Shown one piece after another: positions 44,506 through 59,465 of a DNA stretch of 64,000 bases. Position 1 is the first letter of the stretch. Every line of letters begins with the position of its first letter. The stretch lies in NCBI RefSeq assembly GCF_009914755.1, contig NC_060926.1; one strand, written 5' to 3'. Source of the stretch: the human T2T-CHM13v2.0 reference genome, Homo sapiens. The position numbers and the translations under genes were made by a program. Below the pieces are notes generated by a model, which did no database searches, had not been told where the DNA came from, and saw only the letters and a program-made list of their open reading frames with translations.

Positions 44506-46373
44506 ATATAACAATTATTAGATTCATAACAATTTAAAGAAATTGTAAGTTGAACCTAAAGGCTTAAAAATAATAATGCTACCCACCCAAGCATTAAACA
44601 AACAAACAAACAAACAAACAACTCTCAAATTAATAGAACCTTCCTCAGGCAGGTCACTTACTTTCTTTGGAAAGCAGTTCTCCTCCAAGTTATCATCTAA
44701 GACAACTTAGCCAACAGGCAAAATTTAGCCTCCATTACTGAGGCCTTGCTTGAGGATCCAGGGGCAGTAGGGAGTGGAATCACCCTCGCAAGTTGTTCAA
44801 CCTTTACTCACATAGAGGGCAGAGTAAGTTGTATCCTTTTTCAGCATCCAGTTCCTGGATTGGTACCTGCCCAGCAGGAATGATGCTGCCAAAGAATTTG
44901 CATGGCTCCTTCTTTTTATTTCCCATTTATAGTGTTCCATGTGGATCTAGAGGGCTTTGATTTATGGAAGGACACATGACTTAAATTGATTCAGTCAGAA
45001 CTAATCTGGAACTTTTGTGAAGTTGTTTTGAAAGAGTGGCTCTTTCTTGGGGTTACTGAGATTATTGGCTATCAGCTTGGAGTTCCATTCTGTGAGTAGA
45101 GGACTTGCCTTGGAATAAAGCCAATATGCAGCAGTAAACCTAAAGGATGAAGAGAGTAAGATCTGTTGCTGATGCCTGATATTTGAGCTCCTGGATCTAC
45201 TTAGCCTAAAAATTTATTTTTAAGTTGTTCAGTTACACAAGTCAGTAAGTTCCACTTTATTTCCCCTTAAGTTAATTTTTTTAACTGATCACAAGAAAGC
45301 TGGAATAACTCTTAAGCTAATTTAAACGGAGCTTATGACAGTTGCAATTAAGAGATCTTAATTTGTAAATGCATTGATAAGATTTGGTTGTTATAAGAAC
45401 AAAGGTAGAAGGGAATATTTTCCTTCCTAAGAAGAATTATAACTTCACTGTTAGGTAGGGCTTGCTCTGTCTATTGCCAGTGTAGGTTGACCTACAACAA
45501 GAACAAGAAAAATCACCCATCACCTTCAAATGATCTCTTCACTAGCCTATTTCTGATACATAACATCCTATAATCAGAAATTTATTATTTTGCCTTAACG
45601 TGGTACTTTCCAAGTGTACTTTATTATTTTCTATTGTTATTTTATTTAATTACACTATTATTTTGTTAGATTATATTATTTAGGTTTTCATTTCATTTAT
45701 ATTTTAACAGAAAAAAATGCCTTAAAATTAATCCAAATAGAAGCTCAGTATATAAAACAAATGGGAACAGAGGTACTTTAATAACTGAAAGAATGGTGGG
45801 GCTAAAACACTTCCACATAAACATGGAGCTCCATAACAGAGTTTAAATTTGTCTGAGTCAAATAAGCACATGTTTTAGAAAGGTATATAGCATTTAAGGA
45901 TATATAACAAATTTGAAGTCAATGAGAAAATTACTTACTATTTCCATCTTCCTCCCAAGCCATTCCACTGCCTCATTCACACACCCCCTGGTCCCACTCA
46001 CCAATGAATAAACCATTTTCAACATTTTTAACTATTTCTTGTGATACTACTTCCACATTTTAAAATAAAATGCTTGAATTGTCACTTCTTCTTGTTGTTA
46101 ATTGTAGACATAATTTGTTATATTTTATTAGTAGATGAGAATTTAGTATTTAGTATTTATGTAACTGTCACTTCCAATTCTCTTCCACCTATCTGGACCC
46201 AATATAGTTACAACACAGTTGTTCTATAGCCAGTATTTATTTGAATAATTTTGGCCATTTAATATTAGTCTCTGCTAGTCAAATACTACAGTGTTATTCT
46301 CTTTTTTCATAACTCTTTTTCTGGACTTAACTGTTTCCATTTCTTCACATGTTCAGTTTTGAAAATATACTTA

Positions 46374-46737
46374 TGTCTTATTTCTTTTGGGCTATTATGA
46401 CAACATATCATAAACTGGATAGCTCATAAACTACAGAAATGTACTTCTCAGTTCTGGAGGCTGGGAAGTTTGAGATTCAGGCACCAGCAGATTCAGTTTC
46501 TGATGAAGATCTGCTTCTGGTTTATAAATGGTACCTTGTAGCTCTGTCCTTACATGGTGGACAGGGCTATTTAGCTCTCTGAAACCTCTTTTATAAGAGT
46601 ACTAATTCCATTCATGAGACTTCTGCCCTCATGATCCAATCACCTCCCAAATGCCCCACCCACCTACTAATACCATCCCATTGGTAATTGCTTTTAACAT
46701 TAATTTTGGGGAAACATAAGCATTCTGACCATAGCAA
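46374..46737 (-). mobile_element. MaLR solo LTR (MSTC/D-like)
   Basis: CAGTTCTGGAGGCTGGGAAGT...CCCTCATGATCCAATCACCTCCCAAA...CATTCTGACCATAGCA. Confidence 0.8.
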
Positions 46738-47134
46738 CCTATTACTAATTAGGCCCCAAATTGGAACAGATTTGTCTGTCAATACTATATTTCAAATAAT
46801 ATGTTTAAATAAAATCTATCAGTTCTCCCTCCCTCCTCTCCTGCTTGATCTCTTCCTTCCAAGTCATCAGTTCTTCTCTCCATTCTATAATGCATGCTTT
46901 CATGACCTTCTTAGCAGGTAACCTGAGATTTCTTTAACCATCATCTTAGAATTTCTCGCTGCTGATCACCTATGTTGAGTCTCCTATATACTATATCTTC
47001 TATTTCTTCCTTTATATATTCATTTGATTTGTTGCATAGCTTGCTGGTAGTTTTCTGTAGAAGGTGCTTAGCAATTTATTTTCTAGAAAATCTGTGCATA
47101 TTTGAGAATATATTTATTCTACTTCTAAATTAAG

Positions 47135-48105
47135 CTTTTTATTCTGAGATAATTGTAGATCTGTGTCCAATTTTAAGGAATAAAACAAAGAGCCTGTGTA
47201 CCCTTTACCCAGTTTCTCTCAATGGTAATATTTTGTAAAACCGTAGTACAATATCACAACCAGGATATTGAAATAGTCAAGATCAGAACATTTCCATCAC
47301 TACTAGGATCCTTTAACTGGGCCTTTATAACTACACTCACGTCCCTTCCCTAATGCTCAGACTAACCCCTAGCAATCACTAATCTGTTCTCCAGTTCTAT
47401 AATTTTCTTATTTCAAGAATGTTATACACAAAGTTATAAAGTAGATAAATTTTTAATTTTTTTTCATTCAACATAATTCCCTTGAGATTTACGCAAGTTG
47501 TTTTGTGTACCATTTGTCTGTTCCTTTTTATGGCTGAGTAGTATTACATAGCATGGATGTTCCACAGTTTGTTTAACCATTCAACTGTTGAAAAATGTTT
47601 GGGTTGCTGATAGTTTTGGGCTACTATGAATAAAGCTGCTATGAAAATTCTTGTACAGATTCTTGTGTGAACATAAGTTTTACATATTTCTGGGATAAAT
47701 GCCTAAGAATACAAATGTTGGATTGTATGGTAGTTGCATGTTTAGTTTTACGAGAAACTATCAAACTATTTTCCAGAGTAATGTATCATTTTGTATTCCC
47801 ACCAGTATCGTATGAATGATCTAGTTTTGCTACACTCTCACCAGCATTTGATTTTTCACACTTTTTGAAATTTAATTCACTCCAACAGGTATGTCGTGAC
47901 ATCTCATTGTAGTTTCAATTTGTATTTTACTGTGGTTTTAATTTGCATTTGGCACTTAATTTGTATTAATACAAATTAAATATCTAATGCTGTTGGACAT
48001 CTTTTCATGTGCTTGTTTGCCATCTGTATATATTCTTTGGTGAAATGTCTGTTCATATCTTTTGCCCATGCTCTAATTGAATTATGTTTTACTGTTGAGT
48101 TTTGA
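47135..48105 (-). mobile_element. L1MC-type 3' region
   Basis: TTTTATTCTGAGATAATTGTAGA...TACCCTTTACCCAGTTTC...AATATCACAACCAGGATATTGA. Confidence 0.8.
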
Positions 48106-48394
48106 CCAGTACATAGTTTAAAATTTTTATTTTGGCCATCTCTATTTCCATGAGATATTTCTTATTCTCTGAATTCCAAAAATAAATAAAAATGATCCTG
48201 ATCTGTTTTCTAAATGGGATACAATGGCTTCTCTTCTCTTTCTGAGATTATTAATTAATCATATAGATTTCTTGGAGTTTTCTTCAGACATCTGCATTTA
48301 TTTTATACCTGGGAAATCTCTTTCCTTTGTTTGTTTTATATTCTTTCTTCATTTTTCTATTGAGACTTTCCTCAAACATCCTGGGAATTATGGT

Positions 48395-49147
48395 TCAGGC
48401 CTGCCCCTAATATTTGTGGGGCCCAGTACAAGATACAAATGTAAGCCTATATATCATATACCTAAATATTTAAAAATTATGATTCAAGGTAACAGATTGC
48501 AATTCTCCTATCTTGACAAGTATAATTCCAAACAATGATGATGATAATAATAATAATTAAAAATTTATGTAAAGCTAGCTTTTGTAGGACTAGAAGTCAT
48601 CAGAGCATCAAAGACAATTGAATTTAATTATTATAGCTCATTTCTGGGTGTTCTACAGATCTATAGATGTGTAGATGAGCAATAAAATAATTTATATATT
48701 ATATTTATAAAATGTAATATGATATATAATATATAATGTAATATGATATTATATAATATATATCTATTTATAGAATATATTTAGATAATAATTTATATAT
48801 TCTATAAATTATTTTTCTTGCCTCTAAGCAAATACACTAAATATGTCATAAGGAAGATTTTTATATAACTTGTTATTGACAATAACATTTTAATTGAATA
48901 TTTAAGTTAAAGTGAATGTAAAAGAAGTAAAAATTTTATTTTTCATGTATATTGTCAAAAAGTTAATTTTTATTCAAGATATTTAGAGGGCATGTTTAAG
49001 GTTATAGACCATTATACTAGCTTTGTGATAAGTCCAGAGTGACTGTGTTCTTTAATAAATTAAATTTTGTGCTAAAGATATATGGGGATCTCTAAAATGG
49101 AGGGCTAGGGAAGGGGCTACTCCTGTCCAGGCCCAAGAGTGGTTCTG
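48395..49147 (-). mobile_element. Zaphod/MER115-like hAT-Tip100 DNA transposon remnant
   Basis: Left end CAGGCCTGCCCCTAATATTTGTGGGGCCCAG; reverse complement of right end CAGAACCACTCTTGGGCCTGGACAGGAGTAGCCCC; AT-rich interior. Confidence 0.6.
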
Positions 49148-50034
49148 CTCTGGCTTTTCACTCATCACAGAACAGGGGACTAAGAAGACGTTTTCCAGGG
49201 TGTAACAGTGAGGCTCATCAACCTGCAGGGTTCTCTCTGTGGTGAACAGGCATGCATCCAGCCCTTTGTTAGATTTCCAGTTGTCAGTATTTGAGTGTGT
49301 TCTCTCTGAGTAGGTCACTTTCTCCAGAGGAGAAATCTCCAATCCCTTCTGGCTGCTGGAATTCTGGAGGCTGAATAGATGTTCAGACTCCTACACAATC
49401 CTCCTGAGCTCAGCCACACTTTCTAAGTCTCATCCTCTGCTGATCCTGGTTACATTTCTTCAGCACAAATGAAATTCTGGATCTGCTGTTAAATGTTTTA
49501 ATTCTGTCATTCAATGGAATTTTTGATGCAAAGGAGATACATCTACCATGTTTACCTGGAAGTGATATCTTTTGGAATTTTCAATCCCCTGTAAAAGGCA
49601 GCATATCTTAGTTAAGTAATGTTTGCTTGCAACTGCCACAGCTCAATCATAACCAATTTAAACAAATTCTACTTCTAGTAGTAACAGGAAATTGTATTGG
49701 AAGGTGTCAGTCTGGCTTCCAGCAGGAAATAGAATTCACCCATATGGTTCAAATAAATATTAATGAGAAGAACACTTACAGAGGTTCAGCATTGCTGATT
49801 ATAATTCTGAAAGACACAATCCAGAATGCCATAATCCCAATGTTGAAATCCTGAAAGACAAAAATCCCTAAACTCTAAAATCTCTAATGTCTAAAATTTT
49901 GAAAATCACAATTCTAAAATATTAAAATCCTGAATGTTGAAATCCTAAAAGCTGAATTCTGGGGAAGAGGTTAGTGCATTTCTGGTTGCCTGATAGTTGC
50001 ATCATGTTAGTTGCATCATATTAGGTGGAACTAT

Positions 50035-50395
50035 TACCCTGTTATTGTCTTTACTTGGAAATTAAGTACAGTTTAAGGAGATGCATATGGGTGCTCAGTT
50101 GACAAGGGGTGAACTTTCAGACTTAATTTTAGGCATCAACTTGATTGGATTAAGGAATATCTAGGGACCCGGTAAAACATAATTTTTGGGTGTGTCTGTG
50201 AGGGTGTTCCCGGAGGAGATTAGTGTGTGAATCTGAGTGGATTAGATGGGGAAGATGTTGGAAATGTAGCCTGGCACCATCGAATCAGCCGGGGGCCAGG
50301 AGAGAACAAATTCAGAAGGCACAATTCTCTCTCTCTCAGAGCCGAGACAGACTTTTCTTCTGTTGCCTTGGACATCAGAACTCCAGGCTCACTGT
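50035..50395 (+). mobile_element. ERVL internal 3' end plus partial MLT2B LTR carried inside Ricksha
   Basis: GTTTAAGGAGATGCATATGGGTGCTCAGTTGACAAGGGGTGAAC (ERVL PPT end), then TTAATTTTAGGCATCAACTTGATTGGATTAAGG...GGGTGTGTCTGTGAGGGTGTT (MLT2B). Confidence 0.8.
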
Positions 50396-50883
50396 CTTAA
50401 TCATTATTGGTGTCGTGAAAGCAGAAAATTGCTTAATTGGAATCGCTGAGCAATAATCAGGCTTTCAAATGGGCAGCAGAGACTTTACAAGATTTAAAGG
50501 CCAAAACCACTCTCCAAATACAAGTGCAATGAGTGTTTTGAAGGTCATAGAAGTGAAAACACAGGCAGAACATACAAGAAATTTCCCCTGCCAAATTATT
50601 CAATCATGTCTCTTCACACACAGTGCCATGCTTGCCTTCAAAAATCATTCTTCATTAGAGAATAAAAAGAATTTGACAGGATCAGTGACCTTCTGAACTA
50701 AAGACACTTGCTGACATAGAGGTTTTTCTAATATTAAAAAACACATTAAACAACCAACTATTTTATGTTAGAACTTGTTGAAGAAGATAGACTTTTTAAT
50801 TCATAACACTAAATCTAACATAGAAAAACTAGTGCATGCTTCACTCTGACTAATGGATGGCACTTTAAAAATGCTCCCTACTC

Positions 50884-51190
50884 GGCTGGACAGGGTGGCT
50901 CACGCCTGAAATTTCAGCACTTTGGGCAGGTGGATCACTTGAGGTCAGGAGTTTGAGACCAGCCTGGCCAACATGGTGAAACCCTGTCTCTACTAAAAAT
51001 ACAAAAATTAGCCAGGTGTGGTGGTGCCCGCCTGTAATCCCAGCCACTCTGGAGGCTGAGGCAGTAGAATCGCTTAAATCTGGGAGGCGGAGGTTGCAGT
51101 GAGCCAAGATTGCGCCAATGCACTACAGCCTGGGCGATAGAGCAAGACTTTGTCTCAAAAAAAAAAAAAAACAAAAACAGAAACAAAAAA
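50884..51190 (+). mobile_element. AluS SINE
   Basis: Dimeric Alu; TSD AAAAATG(C/G)TCC(C/T)TACT. Confidence 0.95.
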
Positions 51191-51658
51191 ATGGTCCTTA
51201 CTATATTTTTTGTCAACTATATGCAATTCATGGCCCTGTAGGATCCAAAAATTCTATAACTTCTTTGCTTGTTCATGTATCAACAGAAAAAGAGAAGCAG
51301 TTTATAAACTCTTACTTGAAGAGTTGGTGAAATTTGCAGAAGAAAATGAATTTCAGAGAGTCCCCAAATGATAATGACAGATTTGGAATCAGGTGCAATC
51401 AAGGCTTCCAAAAACAAATTTCAAAGTGTTACCAAAAAGTTGTTTTTTCTGTTCATTCCAATGAATTTGGCAGAAAATTCAGATGAGTGGATTGGCCACA
51501 TGACACAGCAATGATGGAAACTTCAGTTTAAAAATGTGTCATTTTTCTGAATGAGCATTTCTTCCAGCTGATGACATTCTAAGAGCTTTTAATAAGTTAA
51601 AGCCACATTTGCCTGAAGAAGCCAATGAAGTTACTGACTGGTTTGAAAATAATTATGT

Positions 51659-52598
<940 letters not shown>

Positions 52599-53467
52599 TC
52601 AGGAGTTCAAAACAGTTGATGTGAAAGTTGGCTAGCTCTTACAGATTCTCTCTCTGCGATTGCCCATAAGCTAGTCTGGTAATCCACTTTTTCTTATGTC
52701 AAATTTTCATTTTAGTTTTTTTTTTTTTGAGAGGGTTTTTTTTTTTTAAAGCTTTGTCCATTATTTTAAATTGTCAGCGTTATTTTTCAAAATTTGCTAT
52801 GCCAGGTATCTCATCTTCACATCATTTTCAATACTGGAGGTGTAAAATTATGTATAGACTTTTAGAGAGTTCTAATTCATTTTATGCATTTTTTTTTTTT
52901 GCAAATGTGACTCCATGAAAGTGCATTAACACAAGGTTGACTTTGTGTGTAAGCATTGTGCATGTATGGAAAACGTTGAAACTTCCTCAGTAAATGAAGA
53001 AATGTCTTTTTGCATATCTGTATTTATGAAAGATAAAATGTCTCGAGATCTTGGCTCTTTGAGCTACTGGCACAGTGGTGATGTGGTGATAACTTATCCA
53101 GGTTTTTGACTGATCTCATCAAAAGACTGGAGTTGTGCATCACAGTATTTCATGTTACTGCAATTATAAAGCTGGGTGCACACAATTACTAACCACAGTG
53201 ATATGTGTTTATATATTTTGCTTTTAGGGCTATTTCTTTATGAATGCAGTTTGCTCATAACTGTGTGACTGTTAGTATACTTATGTGTTTATGATTGCAA
53301 AAATATGTATGTTATTGCCAATTTTGTGCAAGGTGTCCTATGAAACTTTCTATTGTGTTTTTATGTTTTTCAACTAAATTTCCTTTTACAATTTAAATAA
53401 ATGTCTTTTAAATAATTAAAAAGATTTTTTTCCAGGATTATATTTTTGGGATTTTCATCTTTCAAGA

Positions 53468-53885
53468 TTTTTTTTTTATTATTATACTTTAAGTTTTAGG
53501 ATACACGTGCACAACGTGCAGGTTTGTTACATATGTATACATGTGCCATGTTGGTGTGCTGCACCCATTAACTTGTCATTTAGCATCAGATACATCTCCT
53601 AATGCTATCCCTCCCCCATGCCCCCACCCCACAACAGTCCCCGGTGTGTGATGTTCCCCTTCCTGTATCCATGTGTTCTCATTGTTCAATTCCCACCTAT
53701 GAGTGAGAACATGCGGTGTTTGGTTTTTTATCCTTGCGACAGTTTGCTGAGAATGATGGTTTCCAGCTTCATCCATGTCCCTACAAAGGACATGAACTCA
53801 TCATTTTTTATGGCTTCATAGTATTCCATGGTGTATATGTGCCACATTTTCTTAATCCAGTCTATCATTGTTGGACATTTGGGTT
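53468..53885 (-). mobile_element. 5'-truncated L1 (L1PA3-like) 3' end
   Basis: TTTTATTATTATACTTTAAGTTTTAGG...CACAACAGTCCCCGGTGTGTGATG...GGACATTTGGGTT. Confidence 0.93.
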
Positions 53886-54182
<297 letters not shown>

Positions 54183-55724
54183 TCAACATTGTGGATTATG
54201 GCATTCAGGATTGTGTATTTTAGGATGAGGGCCCAAAACTGAAATGCAGGTTTAAAGAAACAAGGGATGGTGAGGCAACCAAAGCCCAGCAACAGTGTGA
54301 AATCATTACCGCCTCTAGGGCTAAAGGGAGGAGGGAGAAAATAATATTACTAGAGCCTGGTGAAAGTTAAAAGCTTTCTAGAGAGATAGCCTGATAGGGG
54401 TTGTAGTTGAAGAGGAATGCAGCTACTAGCAGAGAAGGCACTGAAGCATGAAGGAAGGGAGTAGGGAAGCAACACTCTGGTTTCTTTTTCTTCCACCATC
54501 TGATGACCTGCAAGTGCCTCACATTGGCCAACTCCAAGGGAAGTCAGGTAGCAAGAGAACCAGAGTGATGCAGAGTACTTTCGTCAGCTCCCAGGACAGG
54601 AAAGAGAGGGGACAGGGAAAATAGGTCTGGGGAAAGTGGAGATAAATGTAATATAACCAGTAAAGAAGAACAGAGTGCCTTGTAGATCAACAGAAGCTAC
54701 CAGACTTCAGAAAGAGTGGTATCCCAGCCAGGTACAGAAACTTTAGCACTTCCTTGGACTTTACTGCTAATGCTTCGCACTGATGATGATTCAGTTCCTA
54801 ATACTTTTAGTCCCCACATTCTTAATTCAAATTCTTGATAGATTTTTATTGGCCACAAGTCAGCCAGTTTAGCCTCTTTTCTTTGTTTGATACTCCTCAT
54901 AGTCTAATTAGCTATGACCAGAGGTTTAGATCATGTAGTATGGATATGGCTGTAAGAGTTTACTTCCCTGAGTAAGAAGACAGTTTCAGACAGGGGACTG
55001 TGGCTGGGCAGGCACCCCCAAAAGTGTCAGCTTCTCAAATGTAAGTTGAGTAGTTATCCTACATTGCATGAAGTCATGAGCATATTATCAGAGCTCTCTC
55101 TTTAGGACAGAGGGTATGATGGTTAACTTTAGGCACTGTCAACTAATGGCCATGAATAAAAGAAAGTACTAAGTATATGTGTGTAGCTGGTGAGAGGGTT
55201 ACTGAGTGAGGCTGTACAGGCTATGTACAGCACAACTCCAGACACCACCATTGTGCAGCAATGTGAATCATGCTCCGCTAGAATTTTGCTGTCTCATCCT
55301 TGTTCTTAACTTTGCTGAAGCCTTATTCTACCATGAAATCACTTATTTAGCATTTAACAAATTTGTACCTGAAACTAGGGGGATTCTGGATTCAAGTGTT
55401 ATCCTCTCCCAATGTCTACCACTCGTGGAAAGTGACAAAGCCAAACAGAGGTTTCAGTAGCTTCACAGGGGGTGTGTCCATAGACACCAAATGGCAACAA
55501 AACAGGGGTTTCAAAACTCAGTTGTTTGCAAAAAGCACAATATTATTAAAATACCAATTGGGAGCTTTCTTAGGATAAAATGCTTTTTTAAATCTATTCA
55601 CTACATACTGCATCTGTGAAAGAAAGGAGATTTTTTAAATGATTGATAATTTTAGTCAAATTACTTGGGAAAGCCTGTTTTGACTTGTCAGACAGTCAAA
55701 CTAGGATTTAAAAAATGCTGTAAA

Positions 55725-55925
55725 GAAGTGGTCCCAGACCGGCAGCATCACTTGGAAACTTCAAAGACATGCAAATTCTCAGGCTGGCTACAGTTTGAGA
55801 AGTTAGAGAACTGCTGCGTTGGAATCACCTGATATACTGGTTAAACCAAAGATCGCTGCCCTCCCCACACTGTTACTAATTTAGTAGGCCTGCCATGGGG
55901 CACGGGAATATGCTATTATTGGAGA
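55725..55925. mobile_element. MER5-like hAT MITE fragments
   Basis: GTGGTCCCAGACCGGCAGCATCACTTGGAAACTT...ATGCAAATTCTCAGGC...AGTTTGAGAA. Confidence 0.6.
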
Positions 55926-57520
55926 AAAAGTTTTCTTAAGAAACAGTTTCCACCCAAAGTTTGGTAAATGTATTAGGCGAAGATTTTTTTGGAGTAGTGA
56001 AAGAGTATATGTCTCATGTAATCCTTGGGAGGACACTTTCCAGACAGTTGGATTGTCTACATCAAAATATAAAAAGTTTGGCAAGATTTCTCATTTCTAA
56101 CGTTATTTGCTTTGGGATGGTAAAGTCTTAAGAAATCTTTTATAAAACATTAGCCCAGAAATAACTTCAAGAGCTTGAAGTTTGCTTCAAATTTTGAAAG
56201 AAAAATCAAGTCAGACCCTGTGTTTTACACATGTAACTAGTCATTACTGTAATTAACTGAATCTGAAAAGTGATTTTTTATGAGTATAAAAATAAAAATT
56301 GAGTTCATATTTCAGTGTTATTTGAGAATCTTCTACCTTTAAAATCAAACATAGCAGTATCCCTAGACAAAGAGGAAGTGAAAAGAAGCTTCTGGATACA
56401 TATCTTACAAAATTCTTTCCCAGTTCGTTGATGTTTCTATGCTGCTCACAGACCCAGCAACTGCTATATCTACGTGCATTAGAAGGCTGTGCATTTACTA
56501 ACACAGATGCACCATGCTGTTGAAATGACTCTTTGGAAAAAACATCAGTGATTCTATTAAGACACTGGGTATTACCATAGCACCCGTTACTGAACTGCTG
56601 TAGTGTCATAGTGGATGCAAGATTTATGTTTTGGAGCCATTGGAAGCAGTCATGACACACACTTTCCTCTCTTTCCTAATTTAATGACTGTCACCACATA
56701 TGATTATCAGACATCACCACAGATTCCAGAATATGGAAAGTCACTGGAGCTAGAGCAGAGGAGCCAAGCAGAAACACCTGCAAGGGATTTCGAACGTGAT
56801 TACAGTTCAGTTGCTGTATTTTCAGTGAGAGATACAGATGATGAGGCAAAGAAGCATCTGCCTTCCTTTCTTCTGGCTCTGTGCAACATTGTGACATGCA
56901 CTCCCTGCATGACTGCAATCAGTCACTTCCTTGGAGCACAGCTGTAGTCATTCACATATGTGTTCATTCAACAGACACTTATGTCTGATAAATATTTACT
57001 AAAGAAGTATGATCAATGTCTGTTAGCAATAGTTTGGGGAGCAGATGTTGTTTTAGGAACTTGGTAGTCATTACATGGATGACAAGAGCATAACATATTT
57101 TTACACTAACACCTGACAATGATATGATTTTCCTCAAGTTCATAAGGTGGCTTCACACACAGTGTTTTACGTTCCCAGCTCCAATCCTGGGATTAGATCA
57201 GAAAGAAATTATCCCCACAGTGAGGCAATGGAAACCTCCATTGAGTGATTTGCCCAATGTCTGGAGCTAATAAGTAGTGGAGTGGGTGGACACTTATGTG
57301 TAGATTTTTAATTTTCAAGTTCTGTATTTAACAATTAAATAACAAAAGCAATGATGTTAGGGTTTGGTATTATCATTTTCCCTTTCTAGAATATTAAGGG
57401 TTAAACTTTTCCCTTTTTCCGGATGTAATTTAGCAAATGAAAACAGGTGTTTTCTTTCCACCCCCCCCTCACAATTCCTTTCCCAAGGTACAGCTGACTG
57501 CACCATTAAGGATGGAGGTA

Positions 57521-57702
57521 AGGCTAAGCTTGGTGGCTCACCTATAACCCTAGCACTTTGGGAGACCAAGGTGGGCCGATCACTTGTGGTCAGGAGTTTC
57601 AGACCAGCCTGGCCAACATAGTGAAACCTCATCTCTACTAAAAATATAAAACTGCCCCAGCCTGGGCAACAGAACAAGACTCTGTCTCAAAAAAAAAAAA
57701 AA
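57521..57702 (+). mobile_element. Alu with most of the right monomer deleted
   Basis: Left arm and linker TACTAAAAATATAAAA joined directly to CTGCCCCAGCCTGGGCAACAGAACAAGACTCTGTCTC-poly(A). Confidence 0.85.
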
Positions 57703-58599
57703 GTGCCTAGCAGCCTAGCCATGGTGCCCAAAGTTCAGGTACATTATAAGTGTTGGGGCCTGAGGCCTAGGTGTTGGAAAACTGTTGCCATTGAATGGAG
57801 GCTTCCTTTCATTGCCAGCACCAGTTCCAGCTGGTCCAATCCTGGTCCCTTCTGTAACATTAGCTTTAAGGGCTGGTCCCTCCTTCCTTAGATGGTGAAA
57901 ATGTTTCTAGCTGGAAAAAGAAAGCAAATGCCTTGTAAGAGTAGGGAAAGAGTATATATCCCATACAGCATAATGGCTGCTGATTTTGCTGCAGGGGAAG
58001 ATGAGAAGCTTCCTTGAGAGTCCTCAAATTCCACTGTTAGCTTCATATAAGCTAAAGTAAAACTACACAAACAAAGAAAGTATATTCCATTTTAGCTAGG
58101 AGTATAAAGTAAAACAAAACATGATTCAAGGTTTCACTTGAGGTGCCTGCAAGTCTTACACCAAGGATATGAGTATAAATAAAGTCATATTTGTGCCTAC
58201 TATTGTAGATAGGCTATATTTCTAAGCATTTTGTGTATATAGCTGGTAGGCGATATCATTGCATGTTTAGTTTTAAAAAGCTTTATTTTTTACAATAAAT
58301 TTACTAGCCATGAAACATGCTAGGCAACAAAGTCTTATTTTTAGCAAAAGAAAAAAAGAAAATCCAAAAGCCTGCTTACCCTGCTGCAGAGGGGCAGATT
58401 GCTCTTCTCAGGTCCTGACAAGTTATTCCCAAGGCTTCTTTTTCAAGATACACAATGGTGTTTATTTTGGTCAGGGCAGGGAATAGAAATTCTACTTAAG
58501 TTTGGACAGAAATAAATTTATTATAGGGTAATCAGCTTACAGAATCATTGGGAAAGTTAAAGATTGAACCTTCAAAAATTGATTTAGGAACCCAAAGGT

Positions 58600-58900
58600 G
58601 GCCAGGTGCTGTGGCTCAAGCTTGTAATCCCAGCACTTTGGGAAGCAGAGATGGGTGGATTGGTTGAGCCCAGGAGTTAGAGACCAGCCTGGGCAACATG
58701 GTGAAATCCCATCTCTACATAAAAATACAAAAATCAGCCAGGCATGGTGGTACACACCTGTGGTCTCAGCTATTCAGGAGACGGAGGCAGAAGAATCACT
58801 TGAACACAGGAGGTGGAGGTTGCAGTGAGCTGAGTTTACCCACTGCACCCCAGCCTGGCTAACAAAGCCAAACCCTGTCTAGGAAACAAACAAACAAAAA
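58600..58900 (+). mobile_element. AluJb-like SINE
   Basis: Dimeric Alu with TTGAGCCCAGGAGTT; degenerate TSD AACCCAAAGG. Confidence 0.93.
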
Positions 58901-59124
58901 AACCCCCAAAGGCCACCAAGAGGCTACTTGTATTGGGAAGTTGCTGGTGCCAGAATCAAGCTGCCCTGCCACAAACCAAAAGGCCCTTATGATTAAGAAG
59001 CCCCTACAGCAACACAAATACATCTGATAGAGTAGCATCAATCCATTAACTTCTATTTTAACTTCTAGCTGCAAAAGAGTCTGGGAAATGCAATTGTTTG
59101 GCTTTCTAGCATAGAACTCAGTAA

Positions 59125-59465
<341 letters not shown>

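Noticed and set aside
49800-49960. Short AAAATCC(C/T)-type repeats resembling a repeat array
   Set aside because: They are Ricksha subterminal TIR repeats; there is no CRISPR-like repeat-spacer structure and the DNA is primate.
56253-56660. 135-aa Cys-rich minus-strand ORF
   Set aside because: Non-ATG start, no recognisable domain and no convincing flanking splice sites; length is within chance expectation for 64 kb.
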